A DNA stretch of 64,000 bases from Octopus vulgaris (GCA_951406725.2 OX597831.1:51212001-51276000); one strand, 5' to 3'. Shown: positions 25,754 through 40,030, numbered from the stretch's first letter. Made by a program: numbers and translations. The notes: generated by a model not told the origin, from the sequence alone.

Positions 25754-26147
25754 TCTTTATATATAAAAGTGAGGTTGTGTGTCTGTCTCCTACGATTTAG
25801 ATTCCTAACTACTCCCACATTTTGCGGTGCAGTTTAACCAAAACCGGGTATCTTATAGTCGTGATTCATATCGAGACTGTCTGGGTATTAGCGCGCGTCT
25901 ACGATGAGTCTACGATTTAAAAAAAAATTTACCATCAATTTTTCCCATTTTTAATCCATTTTTGACATATATAAGGGAAGTAACTCTCTAAAATTTATTA
26001 TTAAATCTCAGAACGTAAAAAGCTACAGTAACACCCTCCCCCTTTGTGGTTAGCCATATTGAGATGGCTATTATACTTTACATCTCTAAAAATGCTTATA
26101 TAATTATTTCCCTTACAAACCCGAGCAACGCCGGGCGATACTGCTAG
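25754..26147 (+). mobile_element. Complete non-autonomous Helitron
   Basis: 5' TC after A; 3' hairpin CCCGAGCAACGCCGGG followed by CTAG before T; no TSD. Confidence 0.88.
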
Positions 26148-26252
26148 TTGTTTATAATTTGAATTATACTCATATTCATGTGGTATTCAACTGATGTACC
26201 AGTGAATTGGATGCCTTACACACCCCTTTGAAGGTATTTTTTCCTTAGTTTG

Positions 26253-26286
<34 letters not shown>

Positions 26287-27109
26287 TTCCGTGCCAGTGG
26301 CACTTAAAAGGCACCATTCAAGCATGATTGTTACCAATGTCGCCTTAAAGAGCACCATCCAAGTGTGATCGTTGCCAGAGCGGCTATCTGACCTCCGTGC
26401 CGGTGGCACGTAAAAGACACCATTCGAGTGTGATCATTACTAGCATCGCCTTACTGGCACCTGTGCCTGTGGTATGTGTAAAAGATTCGAGCGAGGTCGT
26501 TGCCAGTACCGCCTGACTGGCACGTAAAAGCACCTACTACACTCTCAGAGTGGTTGGCGTTAGGAAGGGCATCCAGTTGTAGAAACTCTGCCAGATCAAG
26601 ATTGAAGCCTGGTGCAGCCATCTGGTTCGCCAGCCCTCAGTCCTTCGTCCAGCCCATGCTAGCATGGAAAGCGGACGTTAAACAATGATGATGATGATGA
26701 TTTATATATATTACAACAAAAATTCAAATTTAATAATTACTGCTCTATTCTTTAGAGTATGCTTCTTTTTGTGACTGAGCATCTTTCAGTTTCTGTCAAC
26801 CAAACCCACTCACAAGGCTTAGGACAGCCCGAGACTATTGAAGAAAACTTTCCTGGAACAACATGGCTGGAAAGTGTACTTTTAAACCACACAGTCATAC
26901 CTGTACCTATACCTCATTTAAAGATTATTCATAGAAGAAAAAGACAGAAAGAAGAAACTTTCCAACGTAGAAGAAACAATAGTATAAAACTAATTTGAAA
27001 CCAAACTTGAATACTAAAAAACACTAACAAAGGTTATAATCAGTATTTTTCAATATTTCAAGAGAATCTTCCACTTATCCATTCCTTCCCCAGAGAAGAA
27101 AACAGAAAC

Positions 27110-27552
27110 GGATCTTTTCGGTTTGAACGGCAGTTTTTTCTAGCAGTGTCATATGAAATTGTCACCCATAATTATGACCCTAGTATCGATCTATTGCATT
27201 TCAATCTGTTTTAGGATTAGGGTTAGTTAGGGTTAGGATTAGTTAGGGTTAGGGTTGGGGGGAGGGTATTTTTTTTCTTCACAAATGTAAATAAACCCAA
27301 TCTGTTTCTTAAACGAGGGACATATTCATATGGCACAGAATGTTTTCTACCTCAATACACGTCATTGATTGGTTGAAATTGCAGAGATTGAATAAAAAAA
27401 AACAACTAATATCTTACAAACTATAGAACTTTCTCAATAAAGCCAAGAGGAAAAAGATGTTTTATAAACACATTCTACCAGTATACGAAGTTTAAAATTT
27501 TTTAGTTACCTAGAAATTATGTTAAAAACTGCTGTTCAAACCGAAAAGATCC
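27110..27552. mobile_element. MITE with 29-bp TIRs and 8-bp TSD (Merlin/MULE-like GG termini), containing TTAGGG-like repeats
   Basis: GGATCTTTTCGGTTTGAAC(G/A)GCAGTTTTT at both ends; TSD ACAGAAAC at 27102-27109 and 27553-27560. Confidence 0.88.
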
Positions 27553-27919
27553 ACAGAAACTAAAAGTCAAATAGATCTTCATAGTATTTATTATGCAGGG
27601 ACAGATAACTTCTATTGCTGGCAGCATTTGAAAATAAGTTAAAGATTATGCATAAACTACTAATTCACCTTATACAAGACAACCACAAGGAAAAGAAATG
27701 AAAGAGGAGCCAACAACCAAATCCAGATCAAATATTGAATAATACAATGCAAAACACAACACTGGAAAAAAATTCTTTAAAGAGAATTGGAGACTAAACT
27801 AACATTGGGGGAAAAAAATGGAAAAGATTATTTTTAATATATTGAGGTAAATCTGGCCACCCCTGTTAACAGGGACAAAACTCAGATTTAAAACACTTGA
27901 TAATGATGATGATGATGAT

Positions 27920-28776
27920 GATGGAGGGAGGATGCATGGAAAGTGTAATTGCTAGAGTAAGAATAGGATAGAGAAAATTCAGAGAGCTTTTACCTTTGTT
28001 GGCAACCAAAGGTCTCTCTCACTGAGTAAAAGGAAGATTGTATGATGCATGTATACAGACAACAATACTACATGGTAGTGAAATGTGAAACCTGAATGCA
28101 GAGGGCATGCAAAGGCAAGAGAGGAATGAAGCTAGTATGCTCCACTGGATGTACAATGTAAGTGTACATGTGTAACAGGGTGCTAATATATTGAGAGAAA
28201 AGTTAGGCATAAGAAGAATTAGATGCAGTGTGCAAGATAGAAAACTGTACTGGTTTGGTCATGTGATGTGGATGGATGTAGACAACTACATAAAGAAGTG
28301 CTGATCACTTAAAATGGATGGAACTAGTGGAAGATGGAGATCCAGGAAGACATGGGACAAAGTACTGAAGGTCAATTTCAGGACACTGAGCCTTACAAAG
28401 GAGATGACAAAGGACCGAGATATTTGGCACTTTGCAGTACTTAAGGACTACCCACAACAGCAGAATTATCAATGGTTCCCTCCCACCTGAAGAGGTTTTT
28501 GCCTTGCAAGAGCCCTTGTGCCAGTCCACATAAAAAGCACCCATGCTGGTCCACATAAAAAGCAACTCTGCCAGACCATGTAAAAATACTTGTATTGGTC
28601 CACATAACAAGCACCCTGAAAACTCTGTAAAATGGTTGGCATTAGGAAGGGCATCCAGCCATAGAAACAAAGCCGAATCAGGCTGGGACCTGGTACAGCT
28701 CTCCAGCTTGCCAGCTCAGGTGAAACCATCCAACCCATGCCAACATGAAAAACATGTTAATTGATGATGATGATGA
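27920..28776 (+). mobile_element. RTE LINE 3' fragment (older copy)
   Basis: Homologous to 49920-51060 and 6205-7252; ends in (GAT)n. Confidence 0.85.
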
Positions 28777-30670
28777 TTTATGAATTTTTTAATCCATTTT
28801 ATGTTTTTCCATGCTTGCATGGGTTGGGACTTGGGACAAATATACCATTAAGACATTATATTACAGCTGAATGCCCTTCCTGATGCTGACCCTTACCTGT
28901 TTTTTTCAAGTAAGGGATCTCTTATTCCACATGGCTTCAGAGGCACAAAGTGACTGAGTGGTTTGCTGACAGGAGAAGCTGACATCAAAAACATCTGCTG
29001 CACTTTGCTACAGGCAATTTCAAGATCTACACACACACACACACACAAATGGTCTTCTTACAATCTTTATCTACCAAATCCACTCACAAGACCAATGATT
29101 GTAGCAGACCAATGATTGTAGCAGATGACATTTGCCCCATGTGCCATGCAGTGGAACTGATCCCTAAACAATGCAGATTGGAGGAAAACTTCTCAACCAC
29201 ACAACTATGCCTGTGCTTATTGTATGTGTGAGTCTGTATGCGTGTGTGTGTGTGTGTGTTTCATCATCATCATTTAACAATACTATGCTGGTATGGGTTG
29301 GATGATCTGACAGGGGCTGGCAAGCTGAGTACTCCAATGCCTGCTTTGACAAGGTCTCTACAGCTGGATGCCCTTCCTAATACCAACCAATATACAGAAT
29401 GCACTAGGTGCTTTTTTTGTGTTAATAGCATTGGTGAGATTACTAAGTAACTCACAAGACAAGACCTCCTCAACTAGCAGCAGGGGAGTACTATTGAAGG
29501 AAGAGGCTTTATCCCAAGTGATGAGATTTTAAAGTATAATAGGAGTATAGGAACAGGTGTCTTTATGTAGGGGAGATACATGGCCACCCTATTTGGAAGA
29601 GCAAGAGAATGATTGTAAAGATATGTCATGGTATATCTTTATCTTTGAGTTTCAAGAAGATAAATAAAGAGAAGTGGTATGGGTGAGTAAGTAAGTTCAT
29701 GGGAGTGTGAGAGGCAAGTGGCAGAGGGAGATGCAGTGAGTGGTGAGCATTGGTGGAGGCAAGGTCAATCATGAATGCATGTGGAAGGTGAGGGAAGTAG
29801 GTTTAGCAGCAAATAATATTTAAGCAGTGCCATTGCTTACATCTGCTATAGAAACATGTTCAGCCATTTAGTGGTTTGTCATTTGAAAGAACAGGAGTGC
29901 AAGTACCTTATTTGGAAAAAGTAATGGTTGGTGACAGGAAGAGCATCAAGCTGTAGAACAATGCAAGAAACCTCATCTAACTTATACCTATTTCTTTACT
30001 ATCCACAAGGGGCTAAACACAGAGAGGACAAACAAGGACAGACAAATGGATTAAGTCAATTACATCGACCCCAGTGCATAATTTATCGACCAGTACTTAA
30101 TTTATCAACCCCAAAAGGATGAAAGGCAAAGTCGACCTTGGCGGAATTTGAACTCAGAATGTAATGGCAGAAGAAATACGGCTATGCATTTTGCCCGGCA
30201 TGCTAACATTTCTGCCAGCTCGTCTACCTTATACCATCGTGGAAAAATTTAGCACAAAGATGATGATGATGATTATCATGAGGATTTTTAATGTACTAAT
30301 ATCACCCAAAGACCCCGACAGTAGAACAAACGGATGATAACTACAACAGATCTCAACACCTGAACCAGCAGATGAAGAGGGCTATGCATGACAGACATGC
30401 TACAGAAGATGCTACTCAAAATTATAACCAGGCCAGTGGCAGTTCATTGCAGTTTCATAACTGGATCCTGTGTGTCTCATTCTATATATACTGCAGAGAA
30501 AGGTCATGTAATTAAGTGTGTGGGTCACTTCCTAGCAAGTTGAGGTCCACCAAAAACAAATCCACTTTCTTCTACTTTGGTTGTCTTTTACTTCCAACCA
30601 TTATTACAGTGAGATTTCACTCACATCAAAATTCCAAAAGACTTTATCGTAATAAAATATAAATTCTTAC

Positions 30671-30729
30671 CTTTAAATTTAGTAGAAATTTGATTTCTGT
30701 TATTTCAAACAATAGTGAGATGAATATTT
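30671..30729 (-). CDS. RUN-PDZ gene exon 7 (EIFISLLFEITEIKFLLNLK)
   Basis: Acceptor tttctgttcag|AA, donor AAG|gtaaga, 59 nt. Confidence 0.93.
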
Positions 30730-33427
30730 CTGAACAGAAAAAGGAAAGAAAAAAAAAATCCATATCATTCATGATATAAAGTCCTGAAAGTCTTCTGAAG
30801 CAATCACATTTCATTACATTCACTTTTGTTTCATTATTCTTTCACTCTTTTATCTGTTTCAGTAAATGGAACTCATTCATATCTTATTTCTTTATTGTCC
30901 ACAAGGGGCTAAACATAAAGGGGACAAACAAGGACAGACAGTGCATAACTGGTACTTAATTTATCGATCCTGAAAGGATGAAAGGTAGAGTCAACCTCGG
31001 CAGAACTTGAACTCAGAACAGATGAAATACCTATTTCTTTACTACCCACAAGGGGCTAAACACAGGGAAGACAAACAAGGACAGACAAACGGATTAAGTC
31101 GATTATATCGACCCCAGGGCGTAACTGGTACTTAATTTATCGACCTCCAAAAGGATGAAATCAAAGTCGACCTCGGCAGAATTTGAACTCAGAACATAAC
31201 GGCAGACGAAATACCTATTTCTTTACTACCCACAAGGGGCTAAACACAGAGAGGACAAACAAGGACAGACAAACGGATTAAGTCGATTATATCGACCCCA
31301 GCGCGTAACTGGTACTTAATTTATCGACCCCCAAAAGGATGATATCAAAGTCGACCTCGGCGGAATTTGAACTCAGAACATAACGGCAGACGAAATACCG
31401 TTAAGCATTTCGCCCGACATGCTAACGCTTCTGCCAGATCGCCACCTTATACTCATTCATATCTGCAGTCAAATGACTGACATGCCTTAAAGAAATTTTA
31501 CTCTTTAACTTGTTTTGGTCATTGGTCTGTGGCTATGCTGGAGCACCAACTTGTATGGGTAGTTGAACAAATCAACCCAAAATATTTTTGGTTGATAATA
31601 TTTACTCCTTAACTCTTTTACTTGTTTCAGTCATTTGACTGTGACCATGCGGGAGCACCACCTTTAGTCAAGCAAATCGACCCAAGAACTTATTCTTTGT
31701 AAGCCTAGTAATTATTCTATCAGTCTCTTTGGCCGAACCGCTAAGTTACAGGGACATAACACACCAGCATTGGTTGTCAAACACAGACACACACACATAC
31801 ATATACATATATATATATATATATACATATATACAACGGGCTTCTTTCAGTTTCCATCTACCAAATTTACTCACAAGGCTTTGGTCAGTCTGAGGCTATA
31901 GTAGAAGGCACTTGCCCAAGGTGCCACACAGTGGGACTGAATTCGGAACCATGTGGTTGGTAAGCAAGCTACTTACCACACAGCCACTCCTACGCCTATA
32001 AATTGCCTCGTAATTTATTTTTAATTCTAGGATTTATCTCTTAATGTTCTCTATTTGTCATGCTGCTACGACAGCAATTTTTTTAAATGGTGTTAACATG
32101 AGACAGATATGCAAATCACCTGTACACACACACATTGGGCTTCCACTTACTTTCACAATCACATGATATTGGTGTGATTAAGGATAGAATAGAAGACATG
32201 ACCAAGATGCTATTCAGTGAGGTCGATGTCTAATTATAATCAAATAGGTTATGGAATCTACTAAGCTGACTGACCCTAGATTGTTACACAACAAATATGT
32301 TTAAGTACAGAGAGCTTTGAAAATACTGAACTGGTGTGTGTAGATCACTGACTTCACAAATAATATTTCAGCTGAAACCATTCAGACATCCAGCAGCTAA
32401 AACACATCGATTACACTGTGTAATTTTTTTTTTTTCTTTGTCTTTGGTTAATTAATTGTTGTTTCCTATTTGCTTCTGTCTACAAATCAAAGGAAATGAC
32501 AACTATTCCCCTTCAAACTTTGCTTTTGCGACCTGGACATCAATGTTCTGAACCTAAGCCATTTTCCATTACATTTCAGACAGATTCAGTGCTGAGTTGC
32601 TGAAGCAGAAATATTGTTATAGCAAATATTCTGATCAATACCACAGATTTGCTAGTCAGTTGCTTGATCTTAACCACGTGAACATGACCCTTTGTAGCTG
32701 ACAATATGTGCGTCTCTGACCATGAGCAGTGGGGGAGCATCATAACCATGTGTTGAGAGGGATTCTTTAAGATTTGAATAAATGTAAGAAAAGTAAAGTT
32801 TAAAGAAATATTAGCCACTTTTCATACTTTCTAGGAATAAGCAAATAGGAAATAACAGCTACTACACAAAGACAAAAATTGTGTTATACAGTGTTATATA
32901 TCTTCAATATATTAAAAAATTTAGTTTCTGTCTAGACTTCCACCCATATTTACAGCTCATGAGCATAAGTGAACTGACATCCTTTTCATATAAAAGGGTG
33001 AGCCACAGAGTAATGCAAAAAAAATTGCATTACTTTCGGACTCATCCTCATACATTCATACTTATGCACAAACACACACTTAGGTGTTTACATACATAAG
33101 TAGCGTACATACTTTAACCTCTCAAAAATCTCACATAAAACCACCTTCTTTTTTCCTATACTCCCACTCAGTCAAGATTAATTTGAGTGTCATACAAAAA
33201 GCACCCAGTACACACTCGAAAGTGGTTTACATTAATAAGAGAACAAAGTTGTAGAAACCATACAAACAAGGTTCTCTGACTTATTTGAATCCTGGTGAAC
33301 TTCCCAGCCTATGCCAGTATGGTAGGTAGATATGAAGTGTTGATGATGAACACATACACAGATGTATATGTAACAAGTTATATATATATATATACATATA
33401 ATGATAAACATTATACAATATACATAC

Positions 33428-33476
33428 CTGAGAGTATTTCATTGCCAAGAATAGAGTATTCTGAATCATACCATAT
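33428..33476 (-). CDS. RUN-PDZ gene exon 6 (IWYDSEYSILGNEILS)
   Basis: Acceptor attttcag|, donor CAG|gtatgt, 49 nt, RUN WY motif. Confidence 0.93.
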
Positions 33477-33719
33477 CTGAAAATATTATGATTATTTTTC
33501 AGTTCAGCAGAATTATATTATCAAAAAGAATCAATTATAAAATAATTAAATAAATATTTAGTATTGTTTTCTTCATTGATTTGAACATTCATTTTCAATG
33601 CTAACATGGGTTACACAAGTATGCAATATATATCTAGTGTTTCTCCAAGTACCTTCTCAATTCCATGCTATTTTTTATCTTTATGTATTGCAGGGCCCAA
33701 CATTTTTGTTATCACTTTT

Positions 33720-34735
33720 CATCATCATCATCATCATCATCGTTTAGCGTCCGTTTTCCATGCTAGCATGGGTTGGACGGTTCTACTGGGGTCTGTGAAG
33801 CCTGAAGGCTTCATCAGGCCCAGTCAAATCTGGCAGTGTTTCTACGGCTGGATGCCCTTCCTAACGCCAACCACTCCGTGAGTGTAGTGGGTGCTTTTTA
33901 CGTGCCACCCGCACTGGTGCCAGACAGAGCTGGCAAACGGCCACGAACGGATGGTGCTTTTTATGTGCCACCGGCACGAGGGCCAGGCGAGGCTGGCAAC
34001 GGACACGAAACGGGGCGGTGCTGGCAACGGTCGCGAAACGGAAAGTTCTCTTACATGCCACCGGCACTGGTAACACATCTGCAATTTCCATTGATCGATT
34101 TCCATTGATCGATTTCGATTCTGATCCTCACTTGCCTCAACGGGTCTTCACAAGCAGAGTTTTGACATGCCACCGGCACTGGTAGCACATCCGCAATTTC
34201 CATTGATCGATTTCGATTCTGATCCTCACTTGCCTCAACACGTCTTCACAAGTAGAGTTTTGTGTCCCAAGAAGGGAAGGTATGCATACGTAGGCCGGCT
34301 CCATCCCATGTAGAAGGCCACGGGTTATGGACTCACTTGTCCTGCCGGGTCTTCTCGCGCACAGCACACTTCCAGAGGTCTCGGTCTCTAGTCATTTCCT
34401 CAGTGAGACCTAAAGTTCGAAGGTCGTGCTTCACCACCTCGTCCCAGGTTTTCCTGGGTCTGCCTCTTCCACAGGTTCCCTCAACCGCTAGGGTGTGGCA
34501 CTTTTTCACACAACTATCTTCATCCATTCTCGCCACATGACCATACCAGCGCAAACGTCTCTCTTGCACACCACAACTGATGCTTCTTAGGTCCAGCTTT
34601 TCTCTCAAGGTACTTACACTCTGCCGAGTGTGAGTACCGGCATTACACATCCATCGGAGCATACTGGCTTCATTTCTAGCGAGTTTACGCATATCCTCAG
34701 CAGTCACGGCCCATGTTTCACTGCCATGTAGCATT
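33720..34735 (-). mobile_element. RTE LINE 3' fragment (young copy, CpGs retained, internal duplication of about 110 bp)
   Basis: ORF MLHGSETWAVTAEDMRKLARNEASMLRWMC...RRLRWYGHVARM...GRGRPRKTWDEVV; (CAT)n tail. Confidence 0.93.
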
Positions 34736-35102
34736 TTGAGAGCCAAAATTCTTGTCATCAATTTCTATGTTATTTCTAAAATTCTTGTCAAAATCATCGG
34801 TGAAGGCCAACATTTTTCTTTCCATTATTATAATCTTTGTCATCTTCATCTGTAAGGCCCAGCATTTATGTCATCATTATCATATGAGGCCAAACATTTT
34901 GTCATCATTTCTGATGTTCAGCATTCTTGCCATCAACTGTTAGGCCAAATATTATAGTCATCACCTCAGTCTGAAAAATTTTATCAATTTAGTTAATCTA
35001 AGTGTTCCATGTAACATGAAAGCTTAAAAGAAAAAAATTCAGAACGGGAAAAAAATAGTTAAGTTAAAATAAAATAAAATAGATGAGGAAAATACTTCTT
35101 AC

Positions 35103-35210
35103 ATCAGTTAGACGTTGGTCTTTTCTCAAAAGTTCCACAGCCACACTCAATACTTTCTTCACCAGTGCACAACGGATGAATAATCGACCTTTGCCTTGAA
35201 GGGTACATAC
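35103..35210 (-). CDS. RUN-PDZ gene exon 5 (VCTLQGKGRLFIRCALVKKVLSVAVELLRKDQRLTD)
   Basis: Acceptor cattttcag|, donor GAT|gtaaga, 108 nt, hallmark RUN GKGRxFIRxAL motif. Confidence 0.95.
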
Positions 35211-36247
35211 CTGAAAATGAAGAACAACAGCTGTTGTTTAGCAGATCAAAGACGTTCCAGAAGTGACTATCCCAACATTTGTTTTTATACAGACATTGTG
35301 TATCAAAGACTACATTATCAAAGTAGTTCTTTTTTTTCTTTTTTTTTTCTAAACAAGCATCTTTTTATATTTTCTTGTTTCAATCATTTGACTGTGACCA
35401 TGCTGGGGCACCAATTTGAAGGGTTTTAGTCAAACAACTCAACCCCAAGACTTATTTTTGTTTAAGTCTAGTACTTTCTATCAGTCTCTTTTTGCCAAAC
35501 TGCTCAGTTACAGGGATATAAGCACACCAAGACCAGTTGTGAAGCAGTAGTAGGGAACAAACAGACACAAAGATACACACATACACATATACACACACAC
35601 GTGTGTGTATGTATGTATGTATGTATGTATGTATGTACGTATGTATGTATGCATGAATGTATGTATGTATATCTACAATAGGCTTCTTTCAGTTTCCGTC
35701 TACCAAATCCACTCACAAGGCTTTGGTCAACCTAAGGCTATAGTAAAAGACATTTGCCCAACGTGCCACACAGTGGAACTGAACTCTATGTTGTTGAGAA
35801 GCAAGCTTCACTGTATCTAGCAGATCAAATATTCTAAATTTTTCAACTAGCCTTCATATAAAAGACAAGTTATAGATGAAGTGCAACAAAACACACACAC
35901 ACACAAGAAAACACGTAATAAATGGCCCACAAGCACTCATGCTAACTGAGTCCTCAACTTCCATTTGCCAAAAGGTTTGCAGGGCACCAGCAGACCTCAA
36001 GAGGCACATTTTTGTCCAGAGAACATGATTAACACTTTATTTTACTGAACTCTAATTTGTTATTCACAACGGGAGAATCCATCATATACATATGTTCTCT
36101 TCAAGTTTGAACTGTGACACTCAAGCCAGAAGTTAATGTAAGACCATTTACTTCAACCAAAAACCATCAAACCCATGCTTGCAGAGAAATATAAAACAAT
36201 AATTAAAAAGAAGCAAGAAACAAACAAAAGTGTTAAAATATATTCAC

Positions 36248-36299
36248 CTTCTTGGATTCATTTACTATGTTGGTGACCATAACAAAGATTGGGTTAACT
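36248..36299 (-). CDS. RUN-PDZ gene exon 4 (RVNPIFVMVTNIVNESKK)
   Basis: Acceptor tcttacag|A, donor AAG|gtgaat, 52 nt; phase 2 to 0 fits both neighbours. Confidence 0.9.
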
Positions 36300-37496
36300 C
36301 TGTAAGATTACATGCAACAGGTTAGTAAAATATAATCTAACATATAACAATATTATTGTAGAATACAAGGCAAGGCTCTCACTTTTTGAGGAGAGGGGGC
36401 TGTGCTTCAAAATAACAGTTTAGCTTAAGGTCAAGTCTTTGTAAAAGAGGAAAAACCAATAAATAAATTTCAGGTAATTATATCTCAAATTGTGCAAGGA
36501 CTTACACATTTATTAATACATTTCATTAGATTTGAACACAAATATGTTAATCGCTGTTGTCATGGTCACAAGAAAACAACTCCAATATGATGATTATGTA
36601 TTCATAACATGCTTGATTCAATAGAGCAAGGGATTCTGTGATACCGGTATTTTGACATGATGTGAACTAAACGGCCTTGTTTATAATTTCAACTAACAAA
36701 CCATTTGTTGATCCTTACTGATCCCTGCCAACCAATAATAAATTGTTATTTACTCAGTACATTTGAATCTGCTGGAATGTATTAAGAATAAATGCTGTTC
36801 ACCATTGAAATAATGATTTATTTTATCAAATTACAATAAAATCTTGCAAGGGATTAATTAATGATTTTATAAGTCGCCTTACTGGCACTTGTGCTGGTGG
36901 TATGTGAAAAAACATTCGAATGAGGTCGTTGCCGGTGCCGCTGGACTGGCTCCTGTGCAGGTGGCACATAAAAAGCACCATTTGAGTGTCACCGCTGCCA
37001 GTACCGCCTGACTGGCCCTCGTGCCGGTGGCACATAAAAGCACCCACTACACTCTCAGAGTGATTAGCATTAGGAAGGGCATCCAGCTGTAGAAACTCTG
37101 CCAGATCAGATTGGAGTCTGGTGCAGCCATCTGGTTTGCCTCAGTATTTGATGCTGGTGAGAAAATAATTACTTCAAAATGCATGCATCCATTGCTCTGG
37201 ATAAAGGGCACACTGAACTGACCTGGTGACTTTTTGTCAAAAGTGAAAATATTTCTCCATGATGAAATGTAGTAAGTGATTTTTCCATGGGTTTGAATAT
37301 GTCTCCGACATATTTGGTCCAACCCATGCCAGCATGGAAGGCAGACATTAAATGATGATTATGATGATATTGGGATTGGTAACAAGTTTATATTTAAAAG
37401 AGCAGAATGTTGAGTGACATAATTTTAAAATACTGTAAAGTATTCAAAGCACTCCAACAGCAAAATATGTATTTTACAAGATTGATTTTTAACATA

Positions 37497-38007
37497 CCAT
37501 AAATCCTCGAGTATAGTCCGCCCTTGAGTATAATACGCTGGGGATTTTTAGGGGGCTGTACCTCTGAAAAACCTAAACTTTGTGTATAATACGCAGCCTT
37601 CTCTAACTTGAGTCAAAGAGGTCTATATAACGTCCTTGGTTTGTAAAAATGTATACGGTAATGTACTTTGTTATTATTGTATATATAACATAATGCAAAT
37701 GTGTAGCTTTTTTGTGCATTTTGTTTGCAGAAAATAAAGAAATAACAGTAATAACGTTTTATAAATGTTGCTTACTGCAAGTTATGGATGATTCTTTTAT
37801 GATTTCATTGCTTTGAGGTTTAGCTTAAGGTATTTTCGCGCCCAACATCACAAAATGCATCTGAATAAACATTACCGGGCAGCAAATAGAGACTCGGACA
37901 TTGCTTAGAAAATAATTTTCACTTTTAACCTCGTGTATAATATGCATTAGGGATTTTGACCTTTAAATTTTGGGAAAAAAATGCAGATTATACTCAAGGA
38001 TTTACGG
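37497..38007. mobile_element. pogo/Tc2-type MITE
   Basis: TA-flanked TIRs CC(A/G)TAAATCCT(C/T)GAGTATA. Confidence 0.85.
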
Positions 38008-39510
38008 TAGGTACAAAGCCATAAATCATCAGGAGATGTAACAGTTGATTGTATCAGCCCCAGCAGTTGTCAAGTGTTGTATTTTATCAATTTCTAGAAT
38101 GAGAGAAAGATGAAGTTGACCACAGAAAAGTCTGGATTCTGAAAGCAAAGAGCTGAAACTAAATACTGCACAACATTTTGTTTGAAGTGCTGCTGTTTCT
38201 ACTAATCTGCATTCATTTGTTCAGTTTATGCAAGTACCTTATTATCTTTCTGCTATAGCAAGACACTGGTGCTCTTCCCTCTGTCATATTTTAGCCTCTC
38301 AACACCAGGCAAAAAGCCACATCTCCCTCAAAAATATGCCTTCCACTTGATTGAAGGAGTCTTTTACCTTTTCTTCTCTCATGCAGCAAGGCAACTGCTG
38401 ACCTAACTAGTGCTGAAAGCATGACAAAAGCACCCAAAACACACTGTAAAGTGGTTGGTGTTTGGAAGGGCATTAAGCCATAGAAACTATACCAAACTCT
38501 GCAAAAGGCAGCGAGCTGGCAGAAACGTTAGCATGCTGGACAAAACATTTAGTGGTATTTTTCGTCTGCCATTACATTCTGAGTTCAAATTCCGCCGAGG
38601 TTGACTTTGCCTTTCATCCTTTCTGGGTTGATAAATTAAGTACTAGTTACGCACTGGGGTCGATGTAATTGACTTAATGTCCCCTCTATGTTTAGCCCCT
38701 TGTGGGCAATAAAGAAATAACAAACTATACAAAACTGACACTAGAGCTTAATGCAATCCTCTGACTCATCAGATCATGTCAAACTATCCAACTCATACCA
38801 GCATGGGAAACAAATAACAAATGTTAAACGATGATGATGCTGTCCAATTTATCATATAACCATAGCTGAGATAAATACATATTGAGATACTCTTTCACAT
38901 TATGTATTTCCCAATATTGTTTCTAATTTGAGCACAAGGCCAGCAGTTTTGATGGGAGACAGATGACTATATTAACTCCAGTACATAACATGTACTTTAT
39001 TTCATCAACCCTGAAAAGCGAAGTTGACCTTGGCAGGGTTTGAAACCAAAGCATAAAGAGCCATAACTAAATACCACAAAGCATTTTGTCCAGTGCTCCA
39101 GCTCTTTCCCAAGTCATACAGACTCACAGACCCAGTTTCCTGCTCCCTGTAACATATATATTCCTTGCTGGATGGGATGCCAATCCATTACAGGATTACT
39201 CAATTTTGCTAGCTGTGTGGACTGGTGCAATATGAAATGAAATTTTTTCAAGAACATAATTCATCGCCCAGTCCAGGAACCAAAACTACAATCTTATGAT
39301 CATGAGTCCAACCTCTATAACCACTAAGCCGCATGTTTCCATGCTACCAATTCTGCTAATCCACTACATTTAGTATTTCACAATATTAAGAATAGAAATC
39401 ATAAAATTTTATCAAAGACTCATATAACTAAATAAAAGTCAATATAAAATACAGTAAAACTATGAAAAATATAAGCAAATATAAGCAAAAAGGAAAATTA
39501 AGTATTTCAC

Positions 39511-39586
39511 CTGTCATTGACCGCATCATACACTGATTTTGATATCCAGCACCAATAGTCTGTTTTAGAAAACCAGCCTCCATTCT
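39511..39586 (-). CDS. RUN-PDZ gene exon 3 (QNGGWFSKTDYWCWISKSVYDAVND)
   Basis: Acceptor ttttccttatag|AG, donor CAG|gtgaaa, 76 nt, RUN DYW motif. Confidence 0.93.
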
Positions 39587-40030
39587 CTATAAGGAAAATA
39601 CATTATTGATTATATTAACATAATGTATAAGATAATATAATATACATATTTAAGGTAAACTCTGTTACAGTCTCTTTCTAACATGTGAAGTAAAAAGAAG
39701 CATTATAAAAGCATCTCACCTGATATGTTGATTTAGTGTATCCTCCTCTCCACTTGAAAACTACTGTGTATTTTTACTTATTCACTTATAAGCAGTCATT
39801 TGACAGTACCTTTAACTCTATAACCAATGTGTCTTATCTAGAATTCACACAACACACATATGTGTATGCATGTATATACATATATAGAGAGAGAGTTAGC
39901 AGTTGCAGTAAAGGGATAAAGTATCCATATGTACTATCAGTATCAGTTACCTGTGTTATCCCTGGGCAATGATGTGCATGTACACCACATACATCAAGTG
40001 CAGGTGACAATAGGCTGAACAAAAGTTTTA

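Noticed and set aside
36520-36800. Another possible GPCR TM3 remnant (SYW...QRLTYLC)
   Set aside because: A single short motif that needs a frameshift; not distinguishable from chance.
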